Shown piece by piece: positions 1 through 13,690 of a DNA stretch of 64,000 nt (position 1 is its first letter; each line of letters begins with the position of its first letter). The notes under the pieces were generated by a model. The model saw only the letters and a list, made by a program, of their open reading frames with translations, had not been told where the DNA came from and made no database searches. The position numbers were made by a program, and so were the translations under genes. The stretch is from Octopus vulgaris. Its lineage: Eukaryota. Where the stretch lies: positions 12,896,001 through 12,960,000 of the forward strand of contig OX597826.1 of NCBI GenBank assembly GCA_951406725.2. The letters are read 5' to 3'.

Positions 1-38
1 TTTTTGGTAATTTCTAGTGTTTGTATGCGTTATCTCTT

Positions 39-107
<69 letters not shown>

Positions 108-368
108 TTCTTTCTCTCTGGGTTGGAGAGAGCTCTTCTCTATATAGAGAACACTACGAAGTGCTCAAGAGATTTGAAGTTGAGCAGGCAGAGGTATAAA
201 TGTAAAGTCAGACAAGTTAGTCAAGTCGATTTACACAGAATATTAAATACATTTAATACAAAAACGATGTACATGTGTATGGATATAAAAGAGTCCGACT
301 TAAACAGAATATAAATGATATCAGGAGTTAAGTGTATTGGTTAGTGATTCCATAAAATATAAACTTAC

Positions 369-637
369 TTGTGGATGGCGCCTTATAAGAATTGCAGTTT
401 TTGGTTGGGCGAAGGTTCATGTAGACGTCGCAATTGCTAGTTGACCAGAGGCAACAATGATAGTAAGGAATCACATCCCAGACCCAATGAGATAGTTGTG
501 GTACATGGTTTACTTTTGCGTAAGGATAGGCACCAAAAGCTGCAGCTTTGTCTGGAGTACTGCCATGATGGGAATCTCTGCTGTAAATTAGACTTCCATC
601 TTTACGATAGCAGCATTGGTTCCCTGCAGCTCTCTTC
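369..637 (-). CDS. mesh/SUSD2-like gene, AMOP C-terminal exon; gene continues beyond the left edge
   Basis: cag/gtaag, 269 nt, phase 2-1. Encodes [12 protein letters not shown]...GSTPDK...[20 protein letters not shown]...[17 protein letters not shown], closely following the SUSD2/mesh AMOP C-half. Confidence 0.95.
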
Positions 638-676
638 CTGTAATAAAAAATATTTGGTTAACAACATCAATGTCTG

Positions 677-710
<34 letters not shown>

Positions 711-762
711 TGTATGTATGTATGTATATATGTATGTATGCATGAACATATATATATGTATA

Positions 763-821
<59 letters not shown>

Positions 822-825
<4 letters not shown>

Positions 826-1010
826 AGAATTCACAAAAAAACATAACACGAAGACAGGTGGTGTAGACAACAAACAGATGTATTAGTATAACGCTCGAGA
901 AGTGAAAAGGTCTTTAACGTTTCGAGCCTATGCTCTTCCACAGAAACGAACACAGAAAGAAACAAGGACAGAAAACAAAGAATGTATAGTGGCTAGCGAT
1001 CTATCATGAC
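822..1010 (-). mobile_element. Penelope-like pLTR relic with degenerate minimal hammerhead motif
   Basis: Minus strand 946-912 reads TTT-CTGTGGA-A-GAGC-ATAG-GCTC-GAAACGTT-AAA. Sits next to (AT)n. Confidence 0.55.
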
Positions 1011-1338
1011 GAATATTTATGTGAGTTTGTATATATATATATGTAGGTACTGAGGTATATATATTTCTTCTAGCAAATTAAAAGACTTCGTAGAGGTTCT
1101 CTCGTTCGCTCATGTGTTTTTTAAGTGGTTTACTTAGATGAAGGAAAGATTAGGCTGACTTGAGTCAAAGTAACAACAGCAAACGTTTAAATACAACCTG
1201 CTTGTTATCCTCGGAATATTTTCTTTTTACAGATGTTTTCAACCAAGCCAATCCTGAGTGAGTAGACAGAGCTATGATTGAATGTATTCCAACCATGACC
1301 ACCCTGTCGTTCTGAGAAGTATTAATATCTCTCTCTCC

Positions 1339-1385
<47 letters not shown>

Positions 1386-1489
1386 ATATGAGTCTATGTA
1401 TATTTTTATTAATATTTAGCAGATGCAACAGAGTGACTCTCGGACCTTGAGTCACTCTGTTACCTCTGCTAAATATTAATGTATATATG

Positions 1490-1604
<115 letters not shown>

Positions 1605-1607
1605 TAG

Positions 1608-1660
<53 letters not shown>

Positions 1661-2237
1661 ATAAAGAATTACTCTATCAGATGTCTCTTTCGTATTTGCA
1701 GACATAAGGTTGTAATTTAAAGGAAATTTGCGGCCTTTCTTTTGCAGGCCAAAGGACCAAATTTCCTCATCAATTAGCAACAACAATTTATCGCATTTTT
1801 AAAAAGATTATTGCAAGGAATATGAGTATGGAACTTTTAATCACATAGGGATAAGCTAGATACGTAAATTCACTCAAAGTACGTCTAATATATGTAACTT
1901 GCCTTCTAAATCTGATGTGATTCTTGACAAAAATATCAAGAATATAGCCCGCTGAATCTGCAAGACAACGTCTCTAAATACCCGTTTGATCTGCTGAAGG
2001 TAACAGCGGAATCATTCTCAGATGACAGTTTACTGTCTTGAGATTATTAAGGTGCTTTGGGCAATTTGGTCTTGATGCTCGATACTGTAGTAAAGCATGA
2101 ATCCTGATGATTAAAAACTCATTGTTGATATATCTGCTTCATCAGGGCAGATTTCGATTTCGTATGAGAATCATTTCTAATGACATTGTAAATCAATTAG
2201 CATAAATTCTCATTTTTCCTTCCCACATAAATTTAAT

Positions 2238-2730
2238 GTGGAGGCGCGTGGCTTAGTGGTTACGGTGTTGAACTCATGATCGTAAGGTTGTGGCTTCGAA
2301 TTCTGGACCGAGTGATGCGTTGTGTTCTTGGGCAAAACACTTCATTTCACGTTGCTCCAGTCCATTCAGCTGGCAAATATGCGTAATCCTGCGAAGGACC
2401 GGCGGGGAATTTCTACGCCACTGAAACCGGGGAACCAGCCCTTATGAGCCTGGCATGGCCCGAGAAGGGACATTTATTTAGCGGAGGCGCGTGGCTTAGT
2501 GGTTAGGGTGTCAGCATCATGATCGTAAGATTGTGGTTTCGATTCCTGGACCGGGCGACGCGTTGTGTTCTTGGGCAAAGCACTTCATTTCACGTTGCTC
2601 CAGTCCACTCTACTGGCAAAAATGAGTAACGCTGCGATGGACTGGCGTCCCGTCCAGCTGGAGAACACATACGCCATTGAAACCGAGAAACTGGGCCTAT
2701 GAGCCTGGCTAGGCTTTAAAAGGGTGCATT
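2238..2730 (+). mobile_element. Two adjacent tRNA-derived SINEs (V-domain-like family)
   Basis: A box TGGCTTAGTGG, B-box-like GTTTCGATTCC, and CTGCGATGGACTGGCGTCCCGTCCAG motif. Near-identical copy at 41275-41525. Confidence 0.8.
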
Positions 2731-2803
2731 TATTATTACTTTATTTTACATAAATTTAATGCCTCGTACTCAAATGTAGTAATCAGAAAATTAAATTACT
2801 TAC

Positions 2804-3085
2804 GTTGGACAGGTTGATTTCACGCAGTGGACTGCTCCTTCGTGGAAACGACATTTAGAATTCGAAAATATATTGCAACTGGGTTGGGTCAACCAACGGC
2901 CGAAGTCTGCTAGTGCTTGGTCCAAGTTACATGGGCACGGAATCAAATGGTCAAGCCAGTCTCTGTTGTAACTTACATCATTTTTCATCAATTCACATTT
3001 ATTCGATGCCCAGTTTGCGCCAATTTTTCGACGTAAAGTAGGAGCTATATACCATCCTAGGGGAATTATTTTAGAGTTTAAGAAC
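2804..3085 (-). CDS. mesh/SUSD2-like gene, AMOP N-terminal exon
   Basis: tag/gtaag, 282 nt, phase 2-2. Encodes WASNKC...LIPCPCNLDQALADFGRW...CRFHEGAVHCVKS (AMOP CPC.L.QA and C.FH.GA.HC.RS motifs). Confidence 0.95.
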
Positions 3086-3481
3086 CTAGAATATATTTAA
3101 AAAAAAGCAAAACAAGATAATTAAAATAAAATAAAAGATGTCATGCAAACAGTAATTACTTAAGCACATTCGAGAAACATTATATGTATATATGCATGTG
3201 TGCATACATACATGCATATGCACCTATGTGCGGCTCATAAACTCCTCTTCATACATTTTCTTCAACTCTGCGAAGGCCTCTGAGCAGGTATTACCTTGAC
3301 AACTTGCACTATCATAGTCAATGCGACAATCTCACGCTACACACGTTCCTTCCAAGCACTGGCGTAAGCAGCAAAAGCGAGCTAGAACATTGAAATTTAG
3401 CGCACATGCACAGGCTGCTTTACTCTGCATGTTTTAGCTTTGTTACTATTGCAATAGTCCGGATACTTATTATCAGATTTC

Positions 3482-3521
<40 letters not shown>

Positions 3522-3623
3522 GAGGTATGATCAATATAAATATATAAATTTAAACTGAGGGTGAGAAATTAGATATTTAATTAACATCGATTTCCCACCA
3601 GTGGTCTAACATAAAAAAAACTG

Positions 3624-3685
<62 letters not shown>

Positions 3686-4243
3686 CTTGGAAAAGGATAC
3701 GTGGCGTTCGATCATGTAATAATATAAATAATATATGAATATATGCATATATACATATATATATATAACATACCTACATCTATATGTATATATACATCAT
3801 ATATGGGTACAGAACATCAAATTTTATTTAATTTGCTTTGCGGGAAGGACTGTTTCAAGCAAGTCGCGTCTTGTCCTTACCTTCGAACGTGGAGTAGTTG
3901 AAATATGGACAACTGAAGAAGGGGAATATTCTTTATGTTCTATACATTGTATGAATAAAAGTTCGTTTCCATGTTTTTGTTTTTATGTTTTCGTTATTAT
4001 TGTTCAATGATATTTTTTCCTATCTTGTCTGTAATAGATTTGTGACTTTTCGGTGGTACAGAAGTATTTTGTGACTTCTATCATTAGCGATATAGGTACT
4101 CATTTAGTACCCTTATGTATATATGTACATATCTAACATTGTATGTATATATTTTATTAATTTGCCTGTACGGCTAATAATTCGCTTACCACTTGTGATG
4201 GTATTTTAATAATACCATCCCTGTATTTATATATATATATAGT

Positions 4244-4310
<67 letters not shown>

Positions 4311-4366
4311 TCTTATACGCTCATACCTAAGTGGTGCTTAAATCTACGCAAAATAAAATAACTTAC

Positions 4367-4530
4367 ACATGAGTGTTTGCTTTCGATATGTTTGTAAGCT
4401 CAACTTCTATGAGCCCTATTTCATAATCGCAATCAGATCCTTTACAGGAATATTTGCTGGGATTAAACTCCAACCGGCTTTCGTACAATCTGTGGTTCTT
4501 CTTGATGGTTGCGAGCTTCTTGTATTGTGG
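4367..4530 (-). CDS. mesh/SUSD2-like gene, linker exon
   Basis: tag/gtaag, 164 nt, phase 0-2, open frame PQYKKLATIKKN...CKGSDCDYEIGLIEVEL. Phases fit both neighbouring exons. Confidence 0.85.
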
Positions 4531-4833
4531 CTACAAATATGAAAAGAACGATATTATCAAATAAAATACTTTGTTCAATGATTTTCTTTTGATCATTTAA
4601 GACCACGTCACATTTCTGTGAGAGAATAAATTCTATGGCGTTCATATTTTCTAAAAGACATTAGCAACATCTGCCAAAATAGTGTAAATACAGTAACGTT
4701 TCGATTTAATGGATCAAGAAGGGTGAGAACTATTCCTTAATGCTAGAAGTTCGTTAATTCCTTTCGGCTTCAATAAAATAAGTATCAGTTAAGCACTAGG
4801 TCGATATAATTGACTAGTCTCCTCCCTCGAAAA

Positions 4834-5430
<597 letters not shown>

Positions 5431-5433
<3 letters not shown>

Positions 5434-5753
5434 TCAGTAGTTTTATTTTTATAGCGTGCTTTCACTTCACTACCGAGCGCAGCTCTGTGTGCCTTGGGTA
5501 TGTGCTGTGATTTATTGTGATGCTCTGATGGTTATCGTATGGAAAGTGTTCTGCGTAGGATGTGTGCAGTGCTTAGTAGTGCAATTTTCTGTATGTTATA
5601 TGTGTTTGTAAGTCCTGGTGTTTTTGTTATGTATTTGTCTGAATATTTTTTTATCATGCCTAATGCACCTACTATGATAGGAATTGTTTCTGTTTTTAGA
5701 TTCCACATTCTGGTTACCTCTATTTCCAGGTCTTTGTATTTTGAAAGTTTCTC

Positions 5754-5756
<3 letters not shown>
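5431..5756 (-). mobile_element. 5'-truncated R4/Dong-like non-LTR retrotransposon 3' end
   Basis: ORF 5532-5756 EKLSKYKDLEIEVTRMW...IPIIVGALG matches the C-terminal restriction-like endonuclease region (K..KY.DL..E...W....P.V.GALG). Flanked by (TAA)n on both sides. Confidence 0.8.
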
Positions 5757-5801
<45 letters not shown>

Positions 5802-6357
5802 GTGAGAGAGCAGCTCATGCCATCAAAGGGTCTTTGGGGTGCAAATATACGAAACCTAATATACCCATCATGACTACCCGTCTGATAAGGGTATATCAGG
5901 CACATGCATCACAACCATATGTGTGCGACATGGTGGGTGAGCTCATATCAAGATAAAAAGCACATCACCATGCAGGCGGGGGGGGGGGTCCAGTTAAATT
6001 TTTCTTCAGGTCAAGTAGCCCATCCTACTCAAAAGGTCCCTGAATAAGGTTTCTTTAAAGATAATGAACGAAACACCCATGTTTCCAGAAGTGTATTATT
6101 CAAGCCCCAACGAATTCATTGCAACACATGGCTATGATGCTCCCCCACTACTTCTGCTCGAGATCAGAGATGCACATATATAATCAGGCACTAAGGGATA
6201 TGCTCAAGTTAAGGACAAGCAACTGCTATCCAAATTTGTGGTACTGAGCAGAATATTTGCTATAGCCCTTTTTTTATACCATGAGAAAACATGTACATGA
6301 TAACACTTTCAATCAGTTAAGATCAAAAGCCATGAGAGACACTGTCTTATTATTTGT

Positions 6358-6590
6358 AAGGCAGTGAGCTGGCCGGATCGTTAGCTGACCGGATCGTTAG
6401 CATGCCGGGCGAAATGCTTAGCGGCATTTCGTCCCTCTTTACGTTCTGAGTTCAAATTCTGCCGTGGTCGGCTTTGCTTTTCACGCTTTCGGGGTCGAGT
6501 AAATAAGTACCAGTTACGCACTGGAGTCGATGTAATCGACTTAATCCCTTTCCTTAAATTTGAGGCCTTGTGCTTCCACTAGAAAGAATT
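6358..6590 (+). mobile_element. Deu/Nin-domain-like SINE
   Basis: tRNA-like head with GAGTTCAAATT B box and a degenerate GCCTTTCATCCTTTCGGGGTCGATAAAT.AGTACCAG core. Confidence 0.8.
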
Positions 6591-6592
6591 GC

Positions 6593-6625
<33 letters not shown>

Positions 6626-6631
6626 TACTAT

Positions 6632-6714
<83 letters not shown>

Positions 6715-7466
6715 CTCTCGTTGAATCTGAAGTCCTTTAAAGCAAGTTTACTGTTGCTATAATTGTTAAAGTAAAACCAAAACCGTACACTCCGGAGAAA
6801 GGTGTCCTACGTCGACAAATAAGAATTCAAGGGAATAAATCTTATGGGATGTGAAAAGGGAAGTCGTAAGTTTCGAGTCGACGGCTTGCCGAAATATTAA
6901 AGAAAAGAGAAAAACAGCGGGTTGAAAGCAGAAGAGAGGGAGTGAGAGGGAAAGGAGAAAGAGGGGTAGAATTCCAAGGAATGCCTTAATAGACACAATC
7001 AGTTTATTTGGAAACCCAACTTGAAGGAGTGAAATCGCATTCATAAATAAGCTACTCGCAAAATTATAAGACGGACATTGATTAGGGATGACAGAATAAC
7101 TGAATAAAGGAATAATATTTAATAACAAGTATAAGAGAACGAAATTTGAATTAGAAATTTAGAAAACACCCGAAAATGTACAAAGGTGAAACAACGATAA
7201 GAGTACCAGATTCAAAATGATAAATCATCCGACAAATTTTAGTTAGTGTACTCAGATATTCTGAACATGTGAAAGTTATTGACCTGTCATAGACATTGTA
7301 CAGTAAACTTCGTCATATCTCTTTACTCTAAGTAACTCAATCAATTTTCTGAATTGTTGTCTGATAAATGACTTTAACTGATACCTTGCTTCGAAATTCA
7401 AGCAACTACATCGTGGGCAGAGAAACTTTCTACTTAATAACACTCACAGCAATATAATCTATATAA

Positions 7467-7852
7467 TCTATATATATAAAGCTGAAGTTGTCTGTGTGTG
7501 TGTGTGGCAGGTTTGGTAGCCTTCAACTAACACTCTCTCCTCCGAGACCTTGCGGCGCAAGTTGACCAAAATTGAGAGTATGATAGAAGAAGGCTTGCTC
7601 TTCATTCCGTAGAAGATAAAATTCAAATCGGACCATTTTAACACCAAAAATTATTTACATCAAAAAGGTGCTTTTTTTTCTATGAAAATCCCTATTTTTT
7701 ACGATTTTTGACTGCTGTGTCGCCACTTTTCGGTGTATTTCAACCAGAAAAATGTTCACGACCAAGCTACATAATGCAAAATTTTTACTTTTCGAAAATT
7801 CCAATTCTATTGAGTCGAAACAAACCCGAGCAACGCCGGGTGATACTGCTAC
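7467..7852 (+). mobile_element. Non-autonomous Helitron
   Basis: 5' TCTATATATATAAA; 3' hairpin CCCGAGCAACGCCGGG followed by ATACTGCTAC (degenerate CTAG). 3' end shared with 25361-25737. Confidence 0.7.
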
Positions 7853-8744
7853 TTCTCAATAAATTTAAATCCATTTCATTAGGTATCAAAATTGTTCATT
7901 ACTGAACCATTTATCCGACTTCCACAAAAATTCGGGAATACTGTGCAATATTATGCAGTATACTGTGCCTCCTACTCAATAAACAGATCCTGTTTCTTTG
8001 AAGTTCTTTATTCTGCATTCTGTGTGTTAAAAATATTTTTTTTTTTAAACTTTTTTGTGGATTGATAAAGATTAAACATAAGCATAGGAGTGGCTGTGTC
8101 GTAAGTAGCTTGCTTACGAACCACATGGTTCCGGGTTCAGTCCCACTGCGTGGTACCTTGGGCAAGTGTCCTCTACTATAGCCTCCGGCCGACCAGAGCC
8201 TTGTGAGAGAATATTAATATACATTTAATGGACCATCTACAACGTTGCAGAGCCAAGCTCTATTTTCTCTAACCATTATTTGCAAATAACTGTTTTTTCT
8301 AATGGAGATAACGGTTTTAAGCATTTCGAAGGGAGATAACCTATGGTATGTTCTCTCCAAATAAAAACGTGCAACGTAAATGCATAAAGATGGCTGAAGT
8401 GGTTGCTAGAATTGCAAGGCGCTGGCACAGAAGTGTGCCAGTTCCAGAATTCGATCCTCAGAAGAGGTTGCTGAAAATGCCAGACTCATTAGCCCCCAAT
8501 TCGCTTTTCGTACTTATCTTCACCTGGGGTCGTGAACATTTACTAATGATCGAATAAGTACAATCGCAAAAAAAAAAGAAAAGAAAAAAGAAAAACGCAA
8601 GAAAAACAAGCAAAACAGATTCTTCATGCCGAGCCAACTGGCAAGAGACGGATTGGGTAGACCAACATCGAGATAGTTGGATGAAATCCATATTCCTTGG
8701 GAATCCAACCGAAAATCTAACGATGGTTGCTTCTCATGCAATGC

Positions 8745-8818
<74 letters not shown>

Positions 8819-9270
8819 CTCTGCTTGGTGCCTGTGGCGAAAGAGGTTGCCTGGTGGATGAGGCTGAAAGGCATGAGGTCAGATACATTCCTCTTTAGTA
8901 GAGAGGTCTGATCGAGTCACTTGTAAAGGAAAACGAGGGCTGGGAAGGGAAGCGCTGTCCTCGAGTGAGTTTACTGAAAAGGTGGGTTGAAAGTTGTGAA
9001 ATTGACAAGAGTGGAGGGCGCCCTTCTGAGTGTAGACCTGTAAGTCGGGGAAAGGGAACTGAAGAGGACGCTTGCCTTTGGTTGTTCAGGGAGAACTTGG
9101 ACAGTGGCGTTCCTCAACTATCCCTAAGGATCATCTTGTATCAGTTGGACTACATTTTTATCGTCCTCATCCTCTTTGTTATTTCGTTTCCTTCTCGTTG
9201 TAAACCGTGTATACTTACTCATTTTTTTTATTTATTCATTTATAATTTCATATGTAAACCCCACACTTTA

Positions 9271-9628
9271 TGTTACAAGAATGTTTGCAAAAGGGACATG
9301 AAGGCCTGCAACATCAATATTAGCAATTGGGAAGCAGTTGCCAGCAACCGAGGAGATTGGCGACGTACCGTAAGAGAGGGAATACAAAGGAGTGACAGAG
9401 AGAGAGAGGAGAAATGGAAAGACAAGAAAAGACGTCAACAAGAAACTATGACATTACAACCAGCCAGGAACAGTCTTCGCTACATTTGCGGTACCTGCCA
9501 GAGGGGTGTTTGTACAGGATAGGACTACACAGCCACAGCAGGAAATATATCAGGACATGAAATGTAAAAGCCGGACTAGACTACTTTATGCGCAACTCCA
9601 TTGTCTCCCGAGACAAAAAGGATGCCAA
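9271..9628 (+). mobile_element. RTE-clade LINE 3' fragment
   Basis: YKNVCKRDMKACNI...WEAVASNRGDWRRTVREG...YICGTCQR is the typical RTE ORF C-terminus with a degenerate zinc knuckle. Confidence 0.8.
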
Positions 9629-9864
9629 CCAATATGTTTGTTTTGTATTGTCCCCCTCATCCTTCACGCTGGTGGCAAATAAATGAAATCATAATTATTG
9701 TTTTTGTTGTTGTTGTTACTGTTGTTTTGTTGTTTTTTTTATGTTGTTATAAGTAACGAGAACACTATTTATGATTCTTAAAAAAAATTGGTTTTTAAAA
9801 TTAACTTCATCCTGGCTTGGGAAAGATTATTAATCGACATAAGTCTAAATGCAATGAACTGTAC

Positions 9865-10031
9865 CTTATGTCTATCTTCTTTATAACCAATGAGATTTAT
9901 ATTGACTGTAGCCTTGTAGTCCAAACTAAGTAGGTGTGGCTTCCATAAAATACGCAAGCGTTCAACATCGGTTTTGTCCCAGTCGTTAGGGTTTAGAGTG
10001 GTAACCGTTTCGGGCTTTAGTTTAGGTAAGA
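9865..10031 (-). CDS. mesh/SUSD2-like gene, post-IPT exon
   Basis: cag/gtacag, 167 nt, phase 1-0. Encodes LPKLKPETV...W...LRILWKPHLL...VNINLIGYKE, like the L.W....L....V.I.L.GY.E segment of SUSD2/mesh. Confidence 0.88.
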
Positions 10032-10212
10032 CTGCAAATGAGAATACAAAAATAGTAATACTACGAGAGTTGATGAAATGCTTTTTTGTTTGCTTGGAAA
10101 AATGTGTATGTTTTTGCTATTTGATTCATTGTAAATTTCACAAACAACGGCACCATTGATAATCTGAAAAGACGTTTTTGCGAATTTTCGTTATCCATTA
10201 AATTTATAAGTA

Positions 10213-10398
10213 CGAGGGGGTGCTGGAAAGTTCCTGGCTTTAAGAATATTACGAAAGGCCTAGGTGGAGGCCCAGCATTCCATGTTCTTTTGGATGAACT
10301 GAAGGACTGCTGCAACAAGTGAATGAATAAAACCATAATTAACTGATCTTCCTGTATTTTCTTTTACCCAAAGCCAGGAACTTTTGAGCACCCTTTCG
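10213..10398. mobile_element. mariner-type MITE
   Basis: TIRs CGAGGGGGTGCTGGAAAGTTCCTGGCTTT and AAAGCCAGGAACTTTTGAGCACCCTTTCG, TA on both sides. Confidence 0.85.
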
Positions 10399-11294
10399 TA
10401 AAGCAATTAAGCAGTATGATAAATACCTCTTAAATGGATCTATTAAATAATTATGGAAAAGATATAAACATTAAAAAAAAATTTTTAATAGTACTTTTTT
10501 TTTTTTTTTTTGCTGTACAACAATTTTTAAAAAGGAAATTTGCTTGAATTTTCTGTTATTTTTCGATACCGTTATTTTGAAAGTTTAATGTGTTTGGGGA
10601 CGGGGAAAATTAATAAATTGATTAGCAGCAATTAGTTTTGTCTAGTCGATCTGGGGTCTAACTTTTAGCTGGAGTGCGACATATATTTCTTAGATCTCAC
10701 TACAATCGACAAATATGGTAGCAGTAACATATTCATTTGATCTGTACAAAGAAGTCATCTTCGTGACTAGTCAAATGAAATCAATGTTTAATTCAACAGA
10801 TGGCGTTACCAACAAATGGAAGGTATTTATTACTCGCCAAGAAAATTACATTCTTATCTTAATTCTGTTTCTATTTTCTACATCACAAGGCGAAATCTGA
10901 TACAAAGTATTCATATTATAACATGAATGAGCATAGAAAAATTCAAAACAAGTAAATTTCCTTTTCCAGTGTGTGCTCTTTTGGGTTTGGCTTTTCCAAA
11001 TTTCAGCATCGACATCCCACAGATCACTTCATCCTTTGCCTGCCAAAAGCATTTTCATAAGTTTGTCGCAAATGCCCTCGGTTGTTTTCAAATTTTTAGT
11101 TAGTCTCTGCTTCATACGTTCTGTGTAATATAAAACTTTACTTCGATGTGTAACAAATTACTCCGAAGACTACAAAAATTGGGAATATATATCATATATT
11201 TTGCATGAACACCTGGGAAAATATGTATTATGTGTCGTATGCGATACGCAGGACAGGTAAAGGGTTAATGATACAAAATCAACTGCCAACTTAC

Positions 11295-11558
11295 CAACGT
11301 GCACTACAGTGTATGGCATGGAAGAATCTATGGTGTCTAGCTGTACTTTCAGCGTAGTTTCTCCTCTAAAAAGAAATCGTGGTACTGGACATCTAACTTT
11401 TGCTTTGTTGATCACGATGCCATTAGAAACCTCTTCTTTCTGAGACAAATGCCTAAAAGTACATCGGGCAGTTGTATTTTCTTCTAAACACAAACCTGTA
11501 ACTTCGAGCATTTCTCCCCCAAACATTCCGATAAACCTTGTTGATACGCTCAAGTGCA
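11295..11558 (-). CDS. mesh/SUSD2-like gene, IPT/TIG exon
   Basis: cag/gtaag, 264 nt, phase 1-1. Encodes LSVSTRFIGMFGGEMLEVTGLC...ARCTF...KVRCPVP, an IPT/TIG pattern. Confidence 0.92.
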
Positions 11559-12185
11559 CTGAAAAGTAAGAAAATAAATTTCATTAACGGTTGCATAACG
11601 AAGACGGCACTCTGGCAGAATCGTTAGCATGACATACAAAATGTAAGAGGTATTTCGTTCGTCTTTACGGTCTGGGTTCAAAGTTTGCCGAAGTCGACTT
11701 TGCCTTTCATCTTTCTGGAATCAATAAATAAGTAGCAGTTAACTACTGGGGTCGATGTAATCGACTTACCTCCACCCTTCAAAAAAGGAAAATTTGGAGA
11801 TCCTGTACCAAAATTCGAAACCTCCAGTAGATGAATAATATCGATTTTCTTTATATAAACATAAAGCGTTAAGCTTGGAACGAATATAGTCGATTATATT
11901 GATGCACCTACATGAATGGTAAAATATTTTATATACATCCTGGTGACCTCTGAACTTAAAGCGTCAAAATACGCATCTAGATACTGAGCAGTTGTTTGTC
12001 CGAATAGTTAATGATTCTCCAATATTAACGCTCTGGTTTGTAATACCAATATATATTCTCAAAATAAATCTAATCATGAGATTGTTCCTAAAGGAATCGA
12101 TGAGTTTCCTTTTAAGTTTCCTTCATTAAGAAATATGAAATGGTCGAAAAGAAACGTGGAAAATCAATAGATAAGTTGAACTTAC

Positions 12186-12360
12186 GTTCGCTAGTAATGT
12201 TAGTACAGCCACCTCGTTCTGGAAGATCAGAAGAGACTCGGAATAAAAATCTGCCTGGAACATCGAATCCGGAAATATGTGGTAAAGTGGAGAGATCGGT
12301 TTTCTCCTTCCCGGGAAGAACAGAAGTCCAACCACGATAATTCCCTGCATTTATACCTGC
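12186..12360 (-). CDS. mesh/SUSD2-like gene, NIDO C-terminal exon
   Basis: cag/gtaag, 175 nt, phase 0-1. Encodes AGINAGNYRGW...SGFDVPGRFLFRVSSDLPERGGC (AGxNAG and PGRxxFRV motifs). Confidence 0.93.
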
Positions 12361-12526
12361 CTGTATTTAAAAGAAATATTCAAGAATACGATACAATCAG
12401 ACGTCCTTCAAATGAAATAAATGGATTGCAGGTCAATAAATAGACAGTTAATTCTGAAACTTCGAAGGTTAATTGCTCAACGTCATATACGTCAATATAA
12501 GCTTGTGTTCACTTAGACATATTTTT

Positions 12527-12908
12527 CTTTTATCTTTCACTTGTTTCAGTCATTAGACTGTAGCCATGCAGGGCACCCCCTTCAAGGGTTTTAGTAGAAA
12601 AAATCGACCCTAGGACTAATTTTTGAAGCCTAGTATTTATTCCATCGGTCTCTTTTGCTGAATTGCTGTTACGAGGGTCATACACACGCCAACACCGGCT
12701 GTCAAGTGATGGTGGGTGACAAACACAAAGATACGCACACATAGATATGTACATATACGATGGGTTTATTTCAGTTTCCGTCTACCAAATCCACTCACAA
12801 GGCTTTGGTCGGCTCGAGGCTTAGCAGAAGATACTTACCCAAGGTGCCAGGCAGTGGGACTGAGCTCAGAACCATTTGGATGGGAAGCAAGAATCTTACC
12901 ACACAGCC
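12527..12908 (-). mobile_element. CORE-like SINE (possibly octopus OR2-type)
   Basis: Same family as 27740-28115. tRNA-like head, CCT-GGCACCTTGGGTAAGT CORE-like segment, tail ...GACTGAAACAAGTGAAAGA. Confidence 0.75.
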
Positions 12909-12948
12909 GAGTAATAAAATTATTTTTATACAAGAGAAGTATACTTAC

Positions 12949-13044
12949 GTGATAGAATTTTTTCTTTGGGTTAACTTCTTTATAGTTGAACATGGCGTAG
13001 GTTTCATATTTGTTTGCTGCGACAACTAACTGGAATGTGTTGGA
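12949..13044 (-). CDS. mesh/SUSD2-like gene, NIDO core exon
   Basis: tag/gtaag, 96 nt, phase 0-0. Encodes SNTFQLVVAANKYETYAMFNYKEVNPKKKFYH; NTFQ...FNY is the NIDO signature. Not in the ORF track. Confidence 0.93.
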
Positions 13045-13457
13045 CTAGACAATTAGAAATAATACATATATTGAAGTATACTCAGCCAGTTTTCCAGTTA
13101 AAGTGTAGTTTGGGCTATAAACGAACTATTTAAATTTCGTTTTGTATTTGTTTTGCAAGATTCCTTATGTAAAACCGTGTATTGAAATATATTTTGTTGT
13201 ATTTTAGAAAGATTATTATGCCAATAATAAACACGCGTGCTCAATCTAGTTAACTTATTTATAGTTTATTTGTTAATTAGTTAACTATTTAACCATTTAT
13301 CTAAGAGTTTGTTTGATAAATCGCTCGATCAATCAATCAGTTATATTTGTCAAAGTCCTTTCGTCGCCATTCTCGACTTCATCAATGAGCAGCCTTCTCT
13401 ACTCCAGATCTACTCTGAGACACCTAGTTTACAAGTAGTGTCTAAATATACAATAAT

Positions 13458-13690
13458 ATGCAAGGAGGTACCCAAAAGAAACTGGAATTTTGCAATGTTA
13501 TTTTATTCACTTAGTTTTCCGTGTTTACACTTTTATCGCCTTCAAAGTGTTCTCCATTTGAAGCAATGCGTCGGCCCAGACGCGTTTTCCACTGTTTGAA
13601 GCAGTGCTGGAACTCTTGCGAAGTGATGCCTTTGGACGCTTCTATCGTTTTTTCTTCACCTCTTCCATATGTACAAATTTCGTAGCACCA
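13458..13690 (-). mobile_element. mariner transposase C-terminal relic with terminal repeat
   Basis: Minus strand (one frameshift) EEVKKK..EASKGITSQEFQHCFKQWKTRLGRRIASNGEHFEGD matches the mariner C-terminal W..R...C....G.YFEG motif. Confidence 0.75.

Noticed and set aside
10960-11169. Possible extra exon just downstream of the IPT exon
   Set aside because: Both candidate acceptors give in-frame stops, and 11295 splices cleanly to 10031.
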